IMG/VR virus record: IMGVR_UViG_3300025162_000019
Location: 74,826 to 138,825 of that record
Direction: 5' to 3' (one strand)
DNA length: 64,000 bases
From: a virus
Taxonomy: Duplodnaviria; Heunggongvirae; Uroviricota; Caudoviricetes
Each line of letters opens with the position of its first letter. Position 1 is the stretch's first letter. The translations under genes and the position numbers were made by a program. The notes beneath the pieces are model-generated. The model did not search any database and was not told the DNA's origin. It worked only from the letters and a program-made list of their open reading frames with translations. Positions 37,377 to 47,093 of this stretch are shown here, piece after piece.

Positions 37377-38432
37377 GTGGATAAAATAAAAGTGTTATTT
37401 ATTTGTAAAAAAAGAGTGTCTAACTATGGTGTTAGTTATGGGCTTCTTAATTCTGCAACATTTGTTACTGAAATGCTAAATCATAAAGGAATAGATGCCA
37501 AAATAGTCGTGGTTGATGATAATAATGATATAGACAGAGAGGTTTATCAATATAAACCAACTCATGTAATAGTTGAGGCATTATGGGTTATACCAGAAAA
37601 ATTTGAAATCTTAAAAGCATTACATCCTAATGTTAAATGGATTGTTAGAATACATAGTAAGACAGCATTTTTAGCAGGAGAATCTATTGCGATTGATTGG
37701 ATAAAAAAATACCTTGATTATAATGTAGAAGTTTCTTTTAATAATGAAGGAACTTGCAAAACATTTAATCATTTATTTAAAAGAAACTTTGTATATTTAC
37801 CTAATGTTTATCCTATTTGTGATGAAAATGAGTATAAAAACTATCCAAGTTCTGATTATATACATATTGGCTGTTTTGGAGCATTGAGACTTCTAAAGAA
37901 TCAATTACAACAAGCTCAAGCAGCTATTCTATTTGCTAGAAGAATTAAGAAAACACTTATTTTTCATATAAATGCAAGTGATATAGAGGATGCACAAAGC
38001 TCCATATTAAAAAATATTGAAGCGTTATTCTTGCATACTGGTAATATTTTAATTAAACATAAGTGGATGAAGCATGATGAGTTTGTAACTTTAATAAGAC
38101 AAATGGATATAGGTCTTCAGGTTAGTTTATCAGAATCTTTTAACATTGTTTCAGCAGACTTTATTTCTAATAGTATACCGATTGTAGTTTCAGAAAATAT
38201 AGATTGGCTTCCTAAACAATTTCAAGCTGAACTAAATGTTGAGTCAATTGTAGAAAGGCTAGAATATGTATGGAATTGGCGATATAATCCTTCGTTAATC
38301 AAATTTGCAGAAAGATGCTTAAATAGGTATTCAGAAAAATCAAGTAATGTATGGATTGAATATTTTTATAATGATATTAAACTAAGTTGGTGGCAAAAAT
38401 TAATAAAAATAATAAAAAACTTATTTAGATAG
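37377..38432 (+). CDS. putative GT-B fold glycosyltransferase
   Basis: Rossmann-like N-terminal KVLFICKK...; overall GT-B-like layout; weak. Confidence 0.3.
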   Translation: MDKIKVLFICKKRVSNYGVSYGLLNSATFVTEMLNHKGIDAKIVVVDDNNDIDREVYQYKPTHVIVEALWVIPEKFEILKALHPNVKWIVRIHSKTAFLAGESIAIDWIKKYLDYNVEVSFNNEGTCKTFNHLFKRNFVYLPNVYPICDENEYKNYPSSDYIHIGCFGALRLLKNQLQQAQAAILFARRIKKTLIFHINASDIEDAQSSILKNIEALFLHTGNILIKHKWMKHDEFVTLIRQMDIGLQVSLSESFNIVSADFISNSIPIVVSENIDWLPKQFQAELNVESIVERLEYVWNWRYNPSLIKFAERCLNRYSEKSSNVWIEYFYNDIKLSWWQKLIKIIKNLFR

Positions 38433-38449
38433 AAAGGAAATAATTTGTT

Positions 38450-38728
38450 ATGAGAGATTGTCCAAAATGCCAAGGTAGAGGGTGGTATCAATTCAATGGT
38501 GATGATCCAATGCTACTTACTTTATGCGAAATATGTCATCATGTAGGAAAATATAACGATTTTATGTATGGAATATGCGGTAAATGTCATGGACAAGGTG
38601 AAATGGTTACTATAAATCAAAAAGGTATGAGGCAACAACAGAAATTAGTTAAATGTGGTAGTTGTAATGGTAAAGGACTAATTGAACTTCCTAAAAAATT
38701 GGAGACTAATGAAAATATCTTATGGTAA
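38450..38728 (+). CDS. DnaJ-type cysteine-rich zinc finger protein
   Basis: CPKCQGRG, CGKCHGQG, CGSCNGKG repeats (CxxCxGxG). Confidence 0.5.
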   Translation: MRDCPKCQGRGWYQFNGDDPMLLTLCEICHHVGKYNDFMYGICGKCHGQGEMVTINQKGMRQQQKLVKCGSCNGKGLIELPKKLETNENILW

Positions 38729-39237
38729 ATGGAAAAAGTAAAGGTTCATCCTTTGAGAGAGATACCTGCAAGTTTTTGACAAAATATTTTACAGGGAACG
38801 ATAAGCCTTACGTCTTTTGGCGCAGTCCGTCAAGTGGTGCAATAGGAATAAGTAGTCCAAATGCTTCAGGTGATATAATAGCATTAGATGAAAAATATAT
38901 GTGGTTCACAGACAAGTTTAATTTAGAGTTGAAAACTGGATATGCTGATGCTGATTTCCATAAACATTTCAAAGATAACAAGAATAACACAATAGAAGAT
39001 TTTTGGATACAATGTCAGAAGGATGCCAAATTAAAGAATAAGTATGGTATTCTTATCTTTAGAAAGAAAGGGTATCAAACCATCATAGGTATACAAGAAG
39101 ATATATTTTTACAGTTAAAAACTTTTCCAACTAAATATATGTTAGTGAGTTTCTTGGAAATGCCTAAAATTGTATTTTTTGATTTTAATAAGTTTTTTGA
39201 AATTGTTAAACCTGAGCATTTACAAGCAATAAAATAA
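38722..39237 (+). CDS. Hjc-like Holliday junction resolvase (PD-(D/E)xK)
   Basis: KGSSFERD...SGDIIALDE...NLELKTG matches Hjc catalytic layout. Confidence 0.5.
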   Translation: MVNGKSKGSSFERDTCKFLTKYFTGNDKPYVFWRSPSSGAIGISSPNASGDIIALDEKYMWFTDKFNLELKTGYADADFHKHFKDNKNNTIEDFWIQCQKDAKLKNKYGILIFRKKGYQTIIGIQEDIFLQLKTFPTKYMLVSFLEMPKIVFFDFNKFFEIVKPEHLQAIK

Positions 39238-39252
39238 TGGAATGAGAATTAG

Positions 39253-39480
39253 ATGTCTAAAAAATTAGAATGTAATGATGTTTGGCTACCAGAACTAAAT
39301 AAAGCAATTGAGTTTAACGGCAGATATTGGCATAATAATGACATTTCAAGGTGGTACGATGAAATGAAGGGAAGGCAATGTATTAAAAAAGGTATTGACT
39401 TATTAGTTATACAAGAACAAGATTGGTATAATGATAAACCACACTGCCTTAACAAAATAAATAAACTTATAGGTGCATAA
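39253..39480 (+). pseudogene. homing-endonuclease-like gene fragment (C-terminal nuclease half only)
   Basis: VWLPELNKAIEFNGRYWHNND...LLVIQEQDWYNDK without zinc-ribbon repeats or ENDRTQ segment. Confidence 0.5.
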
Positions 39481-39917
39481 TGACTATAAATGAAAAGATT
39501 GATAAACTTATAGAAAAGTATTTAGGGTTATATCATTCTGGTGTTGAGGTTTTTACAAATCCTACTATATTAGATATAAAAGAAATGAAAAAATGGTCTG
39601 AAATTAGATTTCTTATTAATGTAGATACAGATACTTGTTATGTATGGGACTCTCAAAGAGCTATACACCAAGAAATATTTAACAGTTTATTAAGTAAGCA
39701 TGAGTTTACAGGTGATAGGGCTAATAGTTTTGCAGAGGTATATAATAGACCTGATATTATAGCAGGTTATGCTAAGTTAGAAGGTAATAAAATGGCTGTT
39801 AGATTTGCTTATGGTAATGATGTTGATCCTGATAGTGTAAAGTCTGATGTTAAAAAGTTATTTAAAAATCCTAATGAACTGTTTGCAAATGCAGCAACAC
39901 CTGATGAATATAGGTAA
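39480..39917 (+). CDS. hypothetical protein
   Basis: 145 aa. Confidence 0.4.
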   Translation: MTINEKIDKLIEKYLGLYHSGVEVFTNPTILDIKEMKKWSEIRFLINVDTDTCYVWDSQRAIHQEIFNSLLSKHEFTGDRANSFAEVYNRPDIIAGYAKLEGNKMAVRFAYGNDVDPDSVKSDVKKLFKNPNELFANAATPDEYR

Positions 39918-40010
39918 AGGAGGATATTATGAAAAAACTGAAAAAGTTATGGGAGAAGTTTGTAACAAAAATAAAAGCATTGATAGGAAAAATCAAAGGA
40001 GTGTAATATA

Positions 40011-40325
40011 ATGGGTGAGTTTACGAATGGTGAGAGTCCAACAACCGAGTTGGAACTACAAAGGATTGATGTAGGTAATGATGTACCAGATGGTTTTGAA
40101 ACTGATGTTGAAGGGTTGAAAGCAAACGGGCAGAAGGATGGCACACCTATTTTTGATGTGCCTAAAGATCAGTTCTATAATAACATGAAGGCTGATAGAA
40201 AAAGATTGAGGTTTGATAGTGATGCACCAGTTTCTCAATATCTAAGAGGAACTAAATATAGAAAACCATTTTATATTAGTACAACAGATAGTGATGGACA
40301 AAAATTCTTGCGTAAAGTAAAATAA
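40011..40325 (+). CDS. hypothetical protein
   Basis: 104 aa; RBS AAAGGAG. Confidence 0.4.
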   Translation: MGEFTNGESPTTELELQRIDVGNDVPDGFETDVEGLKANGQKDGTPIFDVPKDQFYNNMKADRKRLRFDSDAPVSQYLRGTKYRKPFYISTTDSDGQKFLRKVK

Positions 40326-40327
40326 AA

Positions 40328-41206
40328 ATGATTGGTAAAAAATTAAATTATATAGAAGTTAAACAATATATTGAAAGTTTTGATTATAAACTTTTATCAA
40401 CAAATTATATAAATGCTTTAACAAAATTAGAATTACAATGTCCGAAAGATCATATATATTTTGGTGTATATGGTAATTTTCAACAAGGTATTAGATGCCC
40501 GGAATGCTCAGGTCTAAAAAGGAAAACTTTAAGAGGCGTAAAAGAATATATTGAAAGTTTTGGGTATGAATTATTATCCACTGAATATAAAAATAGTAAA
40601 GAAAAATTAGAATTACAATGTCCTAAAAAACATATATTTAAAATGAGTTATGTTTGTTTTCAAAGAGGGCAAAGATGCCCCGAATGCGATAAATCTAAAA
40701 AACTTACATTAAATAAAGTTAAACAATATATAGAAAATTTTGAATATAAACTTTTATCAACAGAGTATGTAAATAGTAAAACTAAATTAGAACTACAATG
40801 CCCTGAAAGTCATATTTATAATGTAATATACAATTCATTTCAGCAAGGTCAAAGATGCCCTAGTTGTGCTTCAGTTAAAGGATGGTCTAAACCTGAAAAG
40901 GAAATTGCTGAATATATTAAACAAAACTATATTGGTGAAGTTATGGAAAATGATAGAACACAAGTAAAGAACTATTGGTCGGGTAAAAATTTAGAATTAG
41001 ACATATTTTTACCTGAATTAAATAAAGCTGTTGAATATAATGGTGAGTACTGGCATAATAATGATAAATCAAGATGGTATGATGAAATGAAAAAGAAGCA
41101 ATGTAAACAAAAAAATATAAATTTATTGGTTATACAAGAACAAGATTGGTATGATAATAAACCATACTGTCTTAACAAAATAAATAACTTCATTGTAAAT
41201 TTATGA
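40328..41206 (+). CDS. homing-endonuclease-like protein (3 repeats + Vsr/DUF559-like domain)
   Basis: same architecture. Confidence 0.6.
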   Translation: MIGKKLNYIEVKQYIESFDYKLLSTNYINALTKLELQCPKDHIYFGVYGNFQQGIRCPECSGLKRKTLRGVKEYIESFGYELLSTEYKNSKEKLELQCPKKHIFKMSYVCFQRGQRCPECDKSKKLTLNKVKQYIENFEYKLLSTEYVNSKTKLELQCPESHIYNVIYNSFQQGQRCPSCASVKGWSKPEKEIAEYIKQNYIGEVMENDRTQVKNYWSGKNLELDIFLPELNKAVEYNGEYWHNNDKSRWYDEMKKKQCKQKNINLLVIQEQDWYDNKPYCLNKINNFIVNL

Positions 41207-41261
41207 GATTGACTTTTCATCATGGTTGTGGTATAATAAATTAAAAAGTAAGAAAAGGAAT

Positions 41262-42143
41262 ATGCAAAAATTATCATATAATGAAATTAGAAAATATATA
41301 GAAAGTTTTAATTATAAATGGCTATCTGGTGAATATAAAGATAATAAATCCAAATTAAATATTCAATGCCCAGAAGAGCATATTTACAAGGCATCATATA
41401 ATAGTTTTCATAGAGGACGCAGATGCCCTAAATGTTTTGGAACTCATAAAAAATCTAATGAAGAAGTCAAAAGTTATATAGAAAGTTTCAACTATAAACT
41501 TCTATCTACTGAATACAAAAATAGTAAAGAAAAATTAGAACTACAATGCCCAAAAGGTCATATTTATTTTGCAAGTTATGATGATTTTCAACAAGAACAT
41601 AGATGCCCTGAATGTGCAAATAAAATGAAGGGAGATAGTCAACGATTAGAAATTAATAATGTGAAAGAATATATAGAGGGTTTTGGATATAAACTTTTAT
41701 CAACAGAATATAAAAATGTTTTATCTAATTTGAGATTGGAATGTTTAAATGGTCATAAATTTTTAATGAGATATAATAGTTTTCAACAGGGACAACGATG
41801 CCCTAAATGTTCGTATATTGACAAAAGTTCAAAACCTGAAAAAGAAATTGCTAAATATGTTAAAACTATTTATTCTGGTAAAATGATTGAAAACGACAGG
41901 ACACAAGTAAAAAACTATTGGTCTAGTCGTAATTTAGAACTTGATATATTTTTACCTGAATTATCTAAAGCAATTGAATTTAATGGTATATATTGGCATT
42001 CAAATGATAAAACGATGTGGTGTGATGAAATGAAGAAAAAACAATGCATACAAAAGGGTATTGATTTATTTGTAATAGATGAAAAACATTGGCGTGATGA
42101 TAAGGTATGTTGTTTAAGTAATATAACGAAATTTATAATGTAG
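41262..42143 (+). CDS. homing-endonuclease-like protein (3 repeats + Vsr/DUF559-like domain)
   Basis: ATG 41262 after TTGACT-N17-TATAAT promoter (41209-41237). Confidence 0.6.
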   Translation: MQKLSYNEIRKYIESFNYKWLSGEYKDNKSKLNIQCPEEHIYKASYNSFHRGRRCPKCFGTHKKSNEEVKSYIESFNYKLLSTEYKNSKEKLELQCPKGHIYFASYDDFQQEHRCPECANKMKGDSQRLEINNVKEYIEGFGYKLLSTEYKNVLSNLRLECLNGHKFLMRYNSFQQGQRCPKCSYIDKSSKPEKEIAKYVKTIYSGKMIENDRTQVKNYWSSRNLELDIFLPELSKAIEFNGIYWHSNDKTMWCDEMKKKQCIQKGIDLFVIDEKHWRDDKVCCLSNITKFIM

Positions 42144-42159
42144 AAAGGAAATGTGTGTA

Positions 42160-43029
42160 ATGACAAAATGCAATCTATTTGATATGAACAATCTGGCGGT
42201 TCGCTGTTTCTTTAGCAAGGACATAGAGGCAGATTCTCCCCACCCAAATATCCAACTATGGAAGTATTTCGTAATAGATTCAGTATACAACTCACTATTT
42301 AAGGATAAAACTACTGAAATTGTGCTTGCTGTTGATGATAGAAGGTCATGGAGAAAGAATGTATTTCCAAGATATAAAGAAGGGAGAAAGGGTAAAAGAG
42401 AAGTAAGTAAAGTAGATTGGAATATTTTTTATACAGAATATGATAGTCTATTAGAAGAGATTAGAAATAACCTACCATTCAAAGTGATCCATGTAACTGA
42501 AGCAGAAGCCGATGATATTATTGGTGTTATTGCTCTATATGGAACAAAAGATAAGTATACTGTTGTGAGTAATGATGAAGATTACTTACAACTTTCATCT
42601 AGCAAAGTAAAAATCTATAATCCAATGAAAATGACATATGTTGAATGCCAAGACACTGAGAAATTTATCATAGAAAAGAGCCTATTGGGCCAAAAGAAAG
42701 ATGATATATTTAATATTAAAACTCCTGTTGATTGGCCTATAGACAAGAGAAAGCCAGGCTTTGGTGATGCAGCACTAGCTAAAGTTATGGAATACGGTTG
42801 GGAAAAGTGGTTAAAAGATAACAAACTTGAAGATAGATATGAACTGAATAGAACTCTTATTGATTTTAAGAGAATACCAGTATATCTAAGAACAGGTATC
42901 TTAAATTGTTATGATAGTTATGTTTTACCTGATCCCAGTAATTGTTATGGATTTTTCAAGTCTAATAATTTTAGAGGATACCTTGAAAATTTTCATAATG
43001 TAGAAAATAATCTTTTAAAAATGTATTAG
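42160..43029 (+). CDS. rnh: RNase H / 5'-3' flap exonuclease (T4 rnh-like)
   Basis: N-terminal NLFDMNNLAVR, EAEADDIIGV, C-terminal YVLPDPSNCYGFF resemble T4 RNase H blocks. Confidence 0.65.
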   Translation: MTKCNLFDMNNLAVRCFFSKDIEADSPHPNIQLWKYFVIDSVYNSLFKDKTTEIVLAVDDRRSWRKNVFPRYKEGRKGKREVSKVDWNIFYTEYDSLLEEIRNNLPFKVIHVTEAEADDIIGVIALYGTKDKYTVVSNDEDYLQLSSSKVKIYNPMKMTYVECQDTEKFIIEKSLLGQKKDDIFNIKTPVDWPIDKRKPGFGDAALAKVMEYGWEKWLKDNKLEDRYELNRTLIDFKRIPVYLRTGILNCYDSYVLPDPSNCYGFFKSNNFRGYLENFHNVENNLLKMY

Positions 43030-43037
43030 GAGGATAT

Positions 43038-43241
43038 ATGCGTACATTTTTTGTTGTAAATGCAATGAACAAGGAGGCATTTGAAAAGGCATTTCAAGCA
43101 CCTTACGGATTCTCATCATCCACACCATTTACTAGCTATGATCAGGCTGTAGAATATTGTTCTTGCAAGCCTAAGCAATTCATTGTAGTAAAGGTAGAAA
43201 GTGGCGAAGAAGAAGTAGTTTACGAAAATAAGGAAGGATAA
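43038..43241 (+). CDS. hypothetical protein
   Basis: 67 aa; RBS GGAGG. Confidence 0.4.
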   Translation: MRTFFVVNAMNKEAFEKAFQAPYGFSSSTPFTSYDQAVEYCSCKPKQFIVVKVESGEEEVVYENKEG

Positions 43242-43268
43242 GACTAAAATTTATTTTTGGGTCAAAAG

Positions 43269-43307
43269 TGGCTGTGATCAAAAATCACAGCCATTTCTGT
43301 CTTTATT
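43269..43307 (+). terminator. rho-independent terminator
   Basis: TGGCTGTGAT-CAAAA-ATCACAGCCA then TTTCTGTCTTTATT. Confidence 0.6.
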
Positions 43308-43339
43308 GATCAAAATAGATTTTAATAAAAATAAAAAAT

Positions 43340-43846
43340 ATGATAAATAAACTTACCAATAAGCTACCTCTCGCAGGATATGAAATTAGTTTTAATGATG
43401 ATCCTACGATGAAAACAACGTGCTTGGTTTTATTTGCATCAGGCTGTGTTAGACATTGTAATGGATGCCAAAATCCAGAACTGCAAATTATGGATGAAAC
43501 AAAAATCATATCCATAAATCAAGTTAAAAAAATAATAAAAAGTAAACAAGTACTAATAGATAGCGTTGCCTTTAGTGGCGGAGATTTTATACCGTTATAT
43601 AGTGAGCAATTAAAAGAATTAATTTGTTTCTGTAAAAATAATACATTGAAAACCATTATATATACTGGTGAAACATACGATAAAATAAACGAATGGTTTA
43701 GAGAAAATTCTGATATTATTGTATCAGAGCCTTATGATAGTGACATGAAACAAGGTGGATTTCCAGCCTCTACAAATCAAAGAGTGTATATAAATGGAAA
43801 AGAAGTAGATGTGAAGAAATTACAGATTAATAATATGGGAGTATAG
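43340..43846 (+). CDS. nrdG: anaerobic ribonucleotide reductase activating protein (radical SAM)
   Basis: CVRHCNGC (CxxxCxxC) near N-terminus; adjacent to nrdD. Confidence 0.65.
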   Translation: MINKLTNKLPLAGYEISFNDDPTMKTTCLVLFASGCVRHCNGCQNPELQIMDETKIISINQVKKIIKSKQVLIDSVAFSGGDFIPLYSEQLKELICFCKNNTLKTIIYTGETYDKINEWFRENSDIIVSEPYDSDMKQGGFPASTNQRVYINGKEVDVKKLQINNMGV

Positions 43847-44542
43847 ATGCCTGCAAAATTAATTTATACAAATATTAAAAACTATATTGAAGATTTTAAT
43901 TATAAACTTTTATCAACTGAATATGTAAATAATAAAGAAATATTAAAATTAAAATGCCCTCAGAACCATTTATTTAATATGTCTTTTCATACTTTTAAAG
44001 ATAATGGAAATAGATGCTTTGAATGTAGTGGGAAAAAAAGAAATATATTAAATGTGGTTAAAAACTATATTGAAGATTTTAATTATAAACTTTTATCTAC
44101 CAGTTATATAAAAGCTTTAGATAAATTGAAATTACAATGCCCTAAAGGCCATATATTTGAAATGCGATATAATGATTTTCAACAAGGCCATAGATGTCCA
44201 GAGTGTTCATTGGTATTAGGATGGTCTAAAGCTGAAAAGGAAATTGTTGAATATGTTAAAAGTATATATTCTGGTAATATAATAGAAAATGATAGAACGG
44301 TATGTAAAAACTATTGGTCTGGAAAAAATCTCGAACTTGATATATATTTACCAGAAATACAAAAAGCTATTGAATACAATGGGCGACATTGGCATTCATT
44401 TGAACAAAAACAATGGTATGATGAAATGAAGAAAAAGCAATGTATTAAAAAAGGTATTAATTTATTAGTCATACAAGAGCAAGATTGGTTAGATAATAAG
44501 ATGTATCAATTAAATAAAATAAATAAACTAGTAGGAGTATAG
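43847..44542 (+). CDS. homing-endonuclease-like protein (2 repeats + Vsr/DUF559-like domain) between nrdG and nrdD
   Basis: same family. Confidence 0.6.
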   Translation: MPAKLIYTNIKNYIEDFNYKLLSTEYVNNKEILKLKCPQNHLFNMSFHTFKDNGNRCFECSGKKRNILNVVKNYIEDFNYKLLSTSYIKALDKLKLQCPKGHIFEMRYNDFQQGHRCPECSLVLGWSKAEKEIVEYVKSIYSGNIIENDRTVCKNYWSGKNLELDIYLPEIQKAIEYNGRHWHSFEQKQWYDEMKKKQCIKKGINLLVIQEQDWLDNKMYQLNKINKLVGV

Positions 44543-44547
44543 AACAA

Positions 44548-46482
44548 ATGTTAAATCTTTCAATGGATTATGACGAAGGGTTTTCAAACCTATATAACAA
44601 GTGGAACAGTAGTGAAAGAGGAAAAAAGTTTCTTGAGTTTATTGGTATATCAAGGGATAAGTTAGATATAGTATCAATGAGTAAGTTGTATTTCAGTAAG
44701 AGTGAAGAAGATAGGACAATAGATGTAAATGCTAATGTTGGAAGGATAACAAGTCCTAACAATTATCAAGCAGAAGTATTCAAGGGTGTAACAAAGTTAA
44801 ATGGTCTTTTTCTTTTGTGGCAACATATGTCAAAAAAGAGAGGGGAAGAAACAGCTAGCAGAGTAGTATCAGGTATTATATCAGGCGATTATTATTTCCA
44901 TGATTTAACATCTTCAGGTGTTTTAGTTCCCTATTGTTTTGCTTGGGCATCTAACAATGTTTTAAGTGAAGGTCGTAAGTATGGACAGTTACAATCTAAG
45001 TCACCGAAGAGAAGTGATTCATTCATTGCCGTCTGTATTGAATCTATTTTTGATATGGCACAAGAACAAATGGGGGCATTAGCTATACCAGATTTTATTG
45101 TTAATCTAGCATATTTTTATAAGAAAGAAGGTATTGATCCAGAATCAGAAGAAGGTAAGTATAAGATAGAGAACGATTTCCAAAGAATAATCCATTCATT
45201 AAATCAACAGTATAGAACAAGTAATCAATCAGCATTTACAAACTTTTCATTATTTGATAGAGAAATCTTTAGAACAACATTTGCTGATTATTCATATCCA
45301 GATGGTACAAGTTGTCTAGACCTAACAGAATATATACAATCAGTTCAAAAGGTTTATATTGAGTTTGTTGCTAAGAAAGACCCATCAACAAAACTGCCAT
45401 ATAGATTTCCCGTTAATACACTAAACATCTATACAACAGAAGATCGTGAAATAGTTGATCAAAAGTTCTTTGACGTTGTGTGTAAGAATAATACAGAAGG
45501 ACTATTTAATATATTCATTAGTAGAGGAAAAGCTAAGTTAGCATCCTGCTGCAGATTATTAAGTGATCCTATTAAGTTGAGAGAGTTTGCGAGATTTGAT
45601 TCGTTCGCTAATGCAGGTCTATCACTTGGTAGTGCTAGAGTAGTAACGGTTAATTTTGCTAGAATAGGTAAGTTAGCTAAGAATGATAAAGATAAATATT
45701 TCTTTCTGTTAAGTGAAAGATTAAATGATGTTAGAATGTTACTGAAATGTCAGAGGCATTTACTTAAACAGAAGATTGATGAAGGATTTCTAAAGTTCTT
45801 TAAGATGGATTGGATGAATATGAAGATGTTCTTTTCAACATTCGGCATGACAGGACTCAATGAAAGTATGTTGTTCATGGGTATTGACATAAAGACAGAT
45901 GAAGGTATTGAGTTTGCTAAGGAACTATTCTTCTTCATTGAAAAGAAACTTGATGAGTTCAGTAGAGAAGATAGTATTGCTTACAACCTTGAGCAAGTTC
46001 CAGCAGAAGGTGCGGCATCCATGTTGGCAAGAATGGATAAGTTGTATTTCAATGATGAAGATTATCCTTATGAGATATATGCAAATCAGTTTATACCTCT
46101 ATGGGAGAAGTCAGACATTGTTGAACGAGCTACATTAGATGGCAAGTTAGGTAGTTATATGAGTGGTGGTAGTATTTGTCACTTGAATATTGGTACTAAA
46201 GTAACTGAGAAACAAATGGGTAAGCTAATCAATCTAGCAATCAAGTCAGGTCTTGAGCATTTTGCGTTGAATCCTAACTATTTGAAATGTGAAAATGATT
46301 GTATAACTATTGGAAGTAATAATGTCGAAACTTGTCCTAAATGTGGTGGTGATATTGTTGAAGCCTATAGTCGTGTCGTTGGCTACTTTACACCTGTAAC
46401 ACAATGGGATAAAACCAGAAGGGCAAAGGATTATGCTAATAGAACATTTAATGATATTGATATAATAGAAGGTTTGTGTTAA
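44548..46482 (+). CDS. nrdD: anaerobic ribonucleoside-triphosphate reductase (class III)
   Basis: 644 aa; C-terminal zinc ribbon CPKCGG; glycyl-radical motif SRVVGY; CCRL segment. Confidence 0.8.
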   Translation: MLNLSMDYDEGFSNLYNKWNSSERGKKFLEFIGISRDKLDIVSMSKLYFSKSEEDRTIDVNANVGRITSPNNYQAEVFKGVTKLNGLFLLWQHMSKKRGEETASRVVSGIISGDYYFHDLTSSGVLVPYCFAWASNNVLSEGRKYGQLQSKSPKRSDSFIAVCIESIFDMAQEQMGALAIPDFIVNLAYFYKKEGIDPESEEGKYKIENDFQRIIHSLNQQYRTSNQSAFTNFSLFDREIFRTTFADYSYPDGTSCLDLTEYIQSVQKVYIEFVAKKDPSTKLPYRFPVNTLNIYTTEDREIVDQKFFDVVCKNNTEGLFNIFISRGKAKLASCCRLLSDPIKLREFARFDSFANAGLSLGSARVVTVNFARIGKLAKNDKDKYFFLLSERLNDVRMLLKCQRHLLKQKIDEGFLKFFKMDWMNMKMFFSTFGMTGLNESMLFMGIDIKTDEGIEFAKELFFFIEKKLDEFSREDSIAYNLEQVPAEGAASMLARMDKLYFNDEDYPYEIYANQFIPLWEKSDIVERATLDGKLGSYMSGGSICHLNIGTKVTEKQMGKLINLAIKSGLEHFALNPNYLKCENDCITIGSNNVETCPKCGGDIVEAYSRVVGYFTPVTQWDKTRRAKDYANRTFNDIDIIEGLC

Positions 46483-46484
46483 AA

Positions 46485-46615
46485 AAATTAGTATTAAAAG
46501 AAGTTAAACAATATATAGAAAAATTTGATTGTGAATTAATTTTAAATGAGAGTGTTTATAAACAATTACGAAAAATACATACTTTCATTGAAAACATTTA
46601 ACTTGATCTTTTACT
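46485..46615 (+). pseudogene. remnant of homing-endonuclease-like gene N-terminal repeat
   Basis: translates as KLVLKEVKQYIEKFDCELILNESVY..., cf. LNEIKEYIESFNYKLLSTEY of intact copies; no start codon, no nuclease domain. Confidence 0.35.
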
Positions 46616-46630
46616 AAAAATGTAGTATAA
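46602..46630 (+). promoter_or_regulatory. sigma-70-type promoter
   Basis: TTGATC-N17-TATAAT with TG. Confidence 0.5.
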
Positions 46631-46647
46631 TGTACAAATAGGAGAAT

Positions 46648-46944
46648 ATGTGTATGTATCAAAAACAACTATCGGGAACTGAAATCGCAAAGGAATTAGG
46701 CATAACAAGACAAGCTGTTTCAAATACATTAAAAAGGGCAATGAAAAAAGTATACATAGGTGTTCAAGATTTTGAAGAAACCTGGACGCCTTTCCAAGTT
46801 GCCTCAGCAATGATTGAGGCATTTGGTATCTCATCACAAGAGGAAGTGAACAAATTTTTTAGATTATTTCCTCCTGAAATTAAGGAGCTTATAGAATTAG
46901 ATGCCGAACACCGAAAAGGAAAAAAAGATAAGGATTTGTATTAA
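46648..46944 (+). CDS. HTH DNA-binding protein (sigma-70 region 4-like)
   Basis: LSGTEIAKELGITRQAVSNTLKRAMKKV. Confidence 0.45.
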   Translation: MCMYQKQLSGTEIAKELGITRQAVSNTLKRAMKKVYIGVQDFEETWTPFQVASAMIEAFGISSQEEVNKFFRLFPPEIKELIELDAEHRKGKKDKDLY

Positions 46945-47093
46945 TTGTTTTAACTGTAAACAAAAGGATAAGTTTCTCTATTGTAAAGAAGAATACTTTA
47001 ATCCAACTATTTATAAGATAGCACAGTTATACACACCACAAGACCATGATTGTATAGACTACATATCTATGGACGATTAGAAAGGATTTAAAA

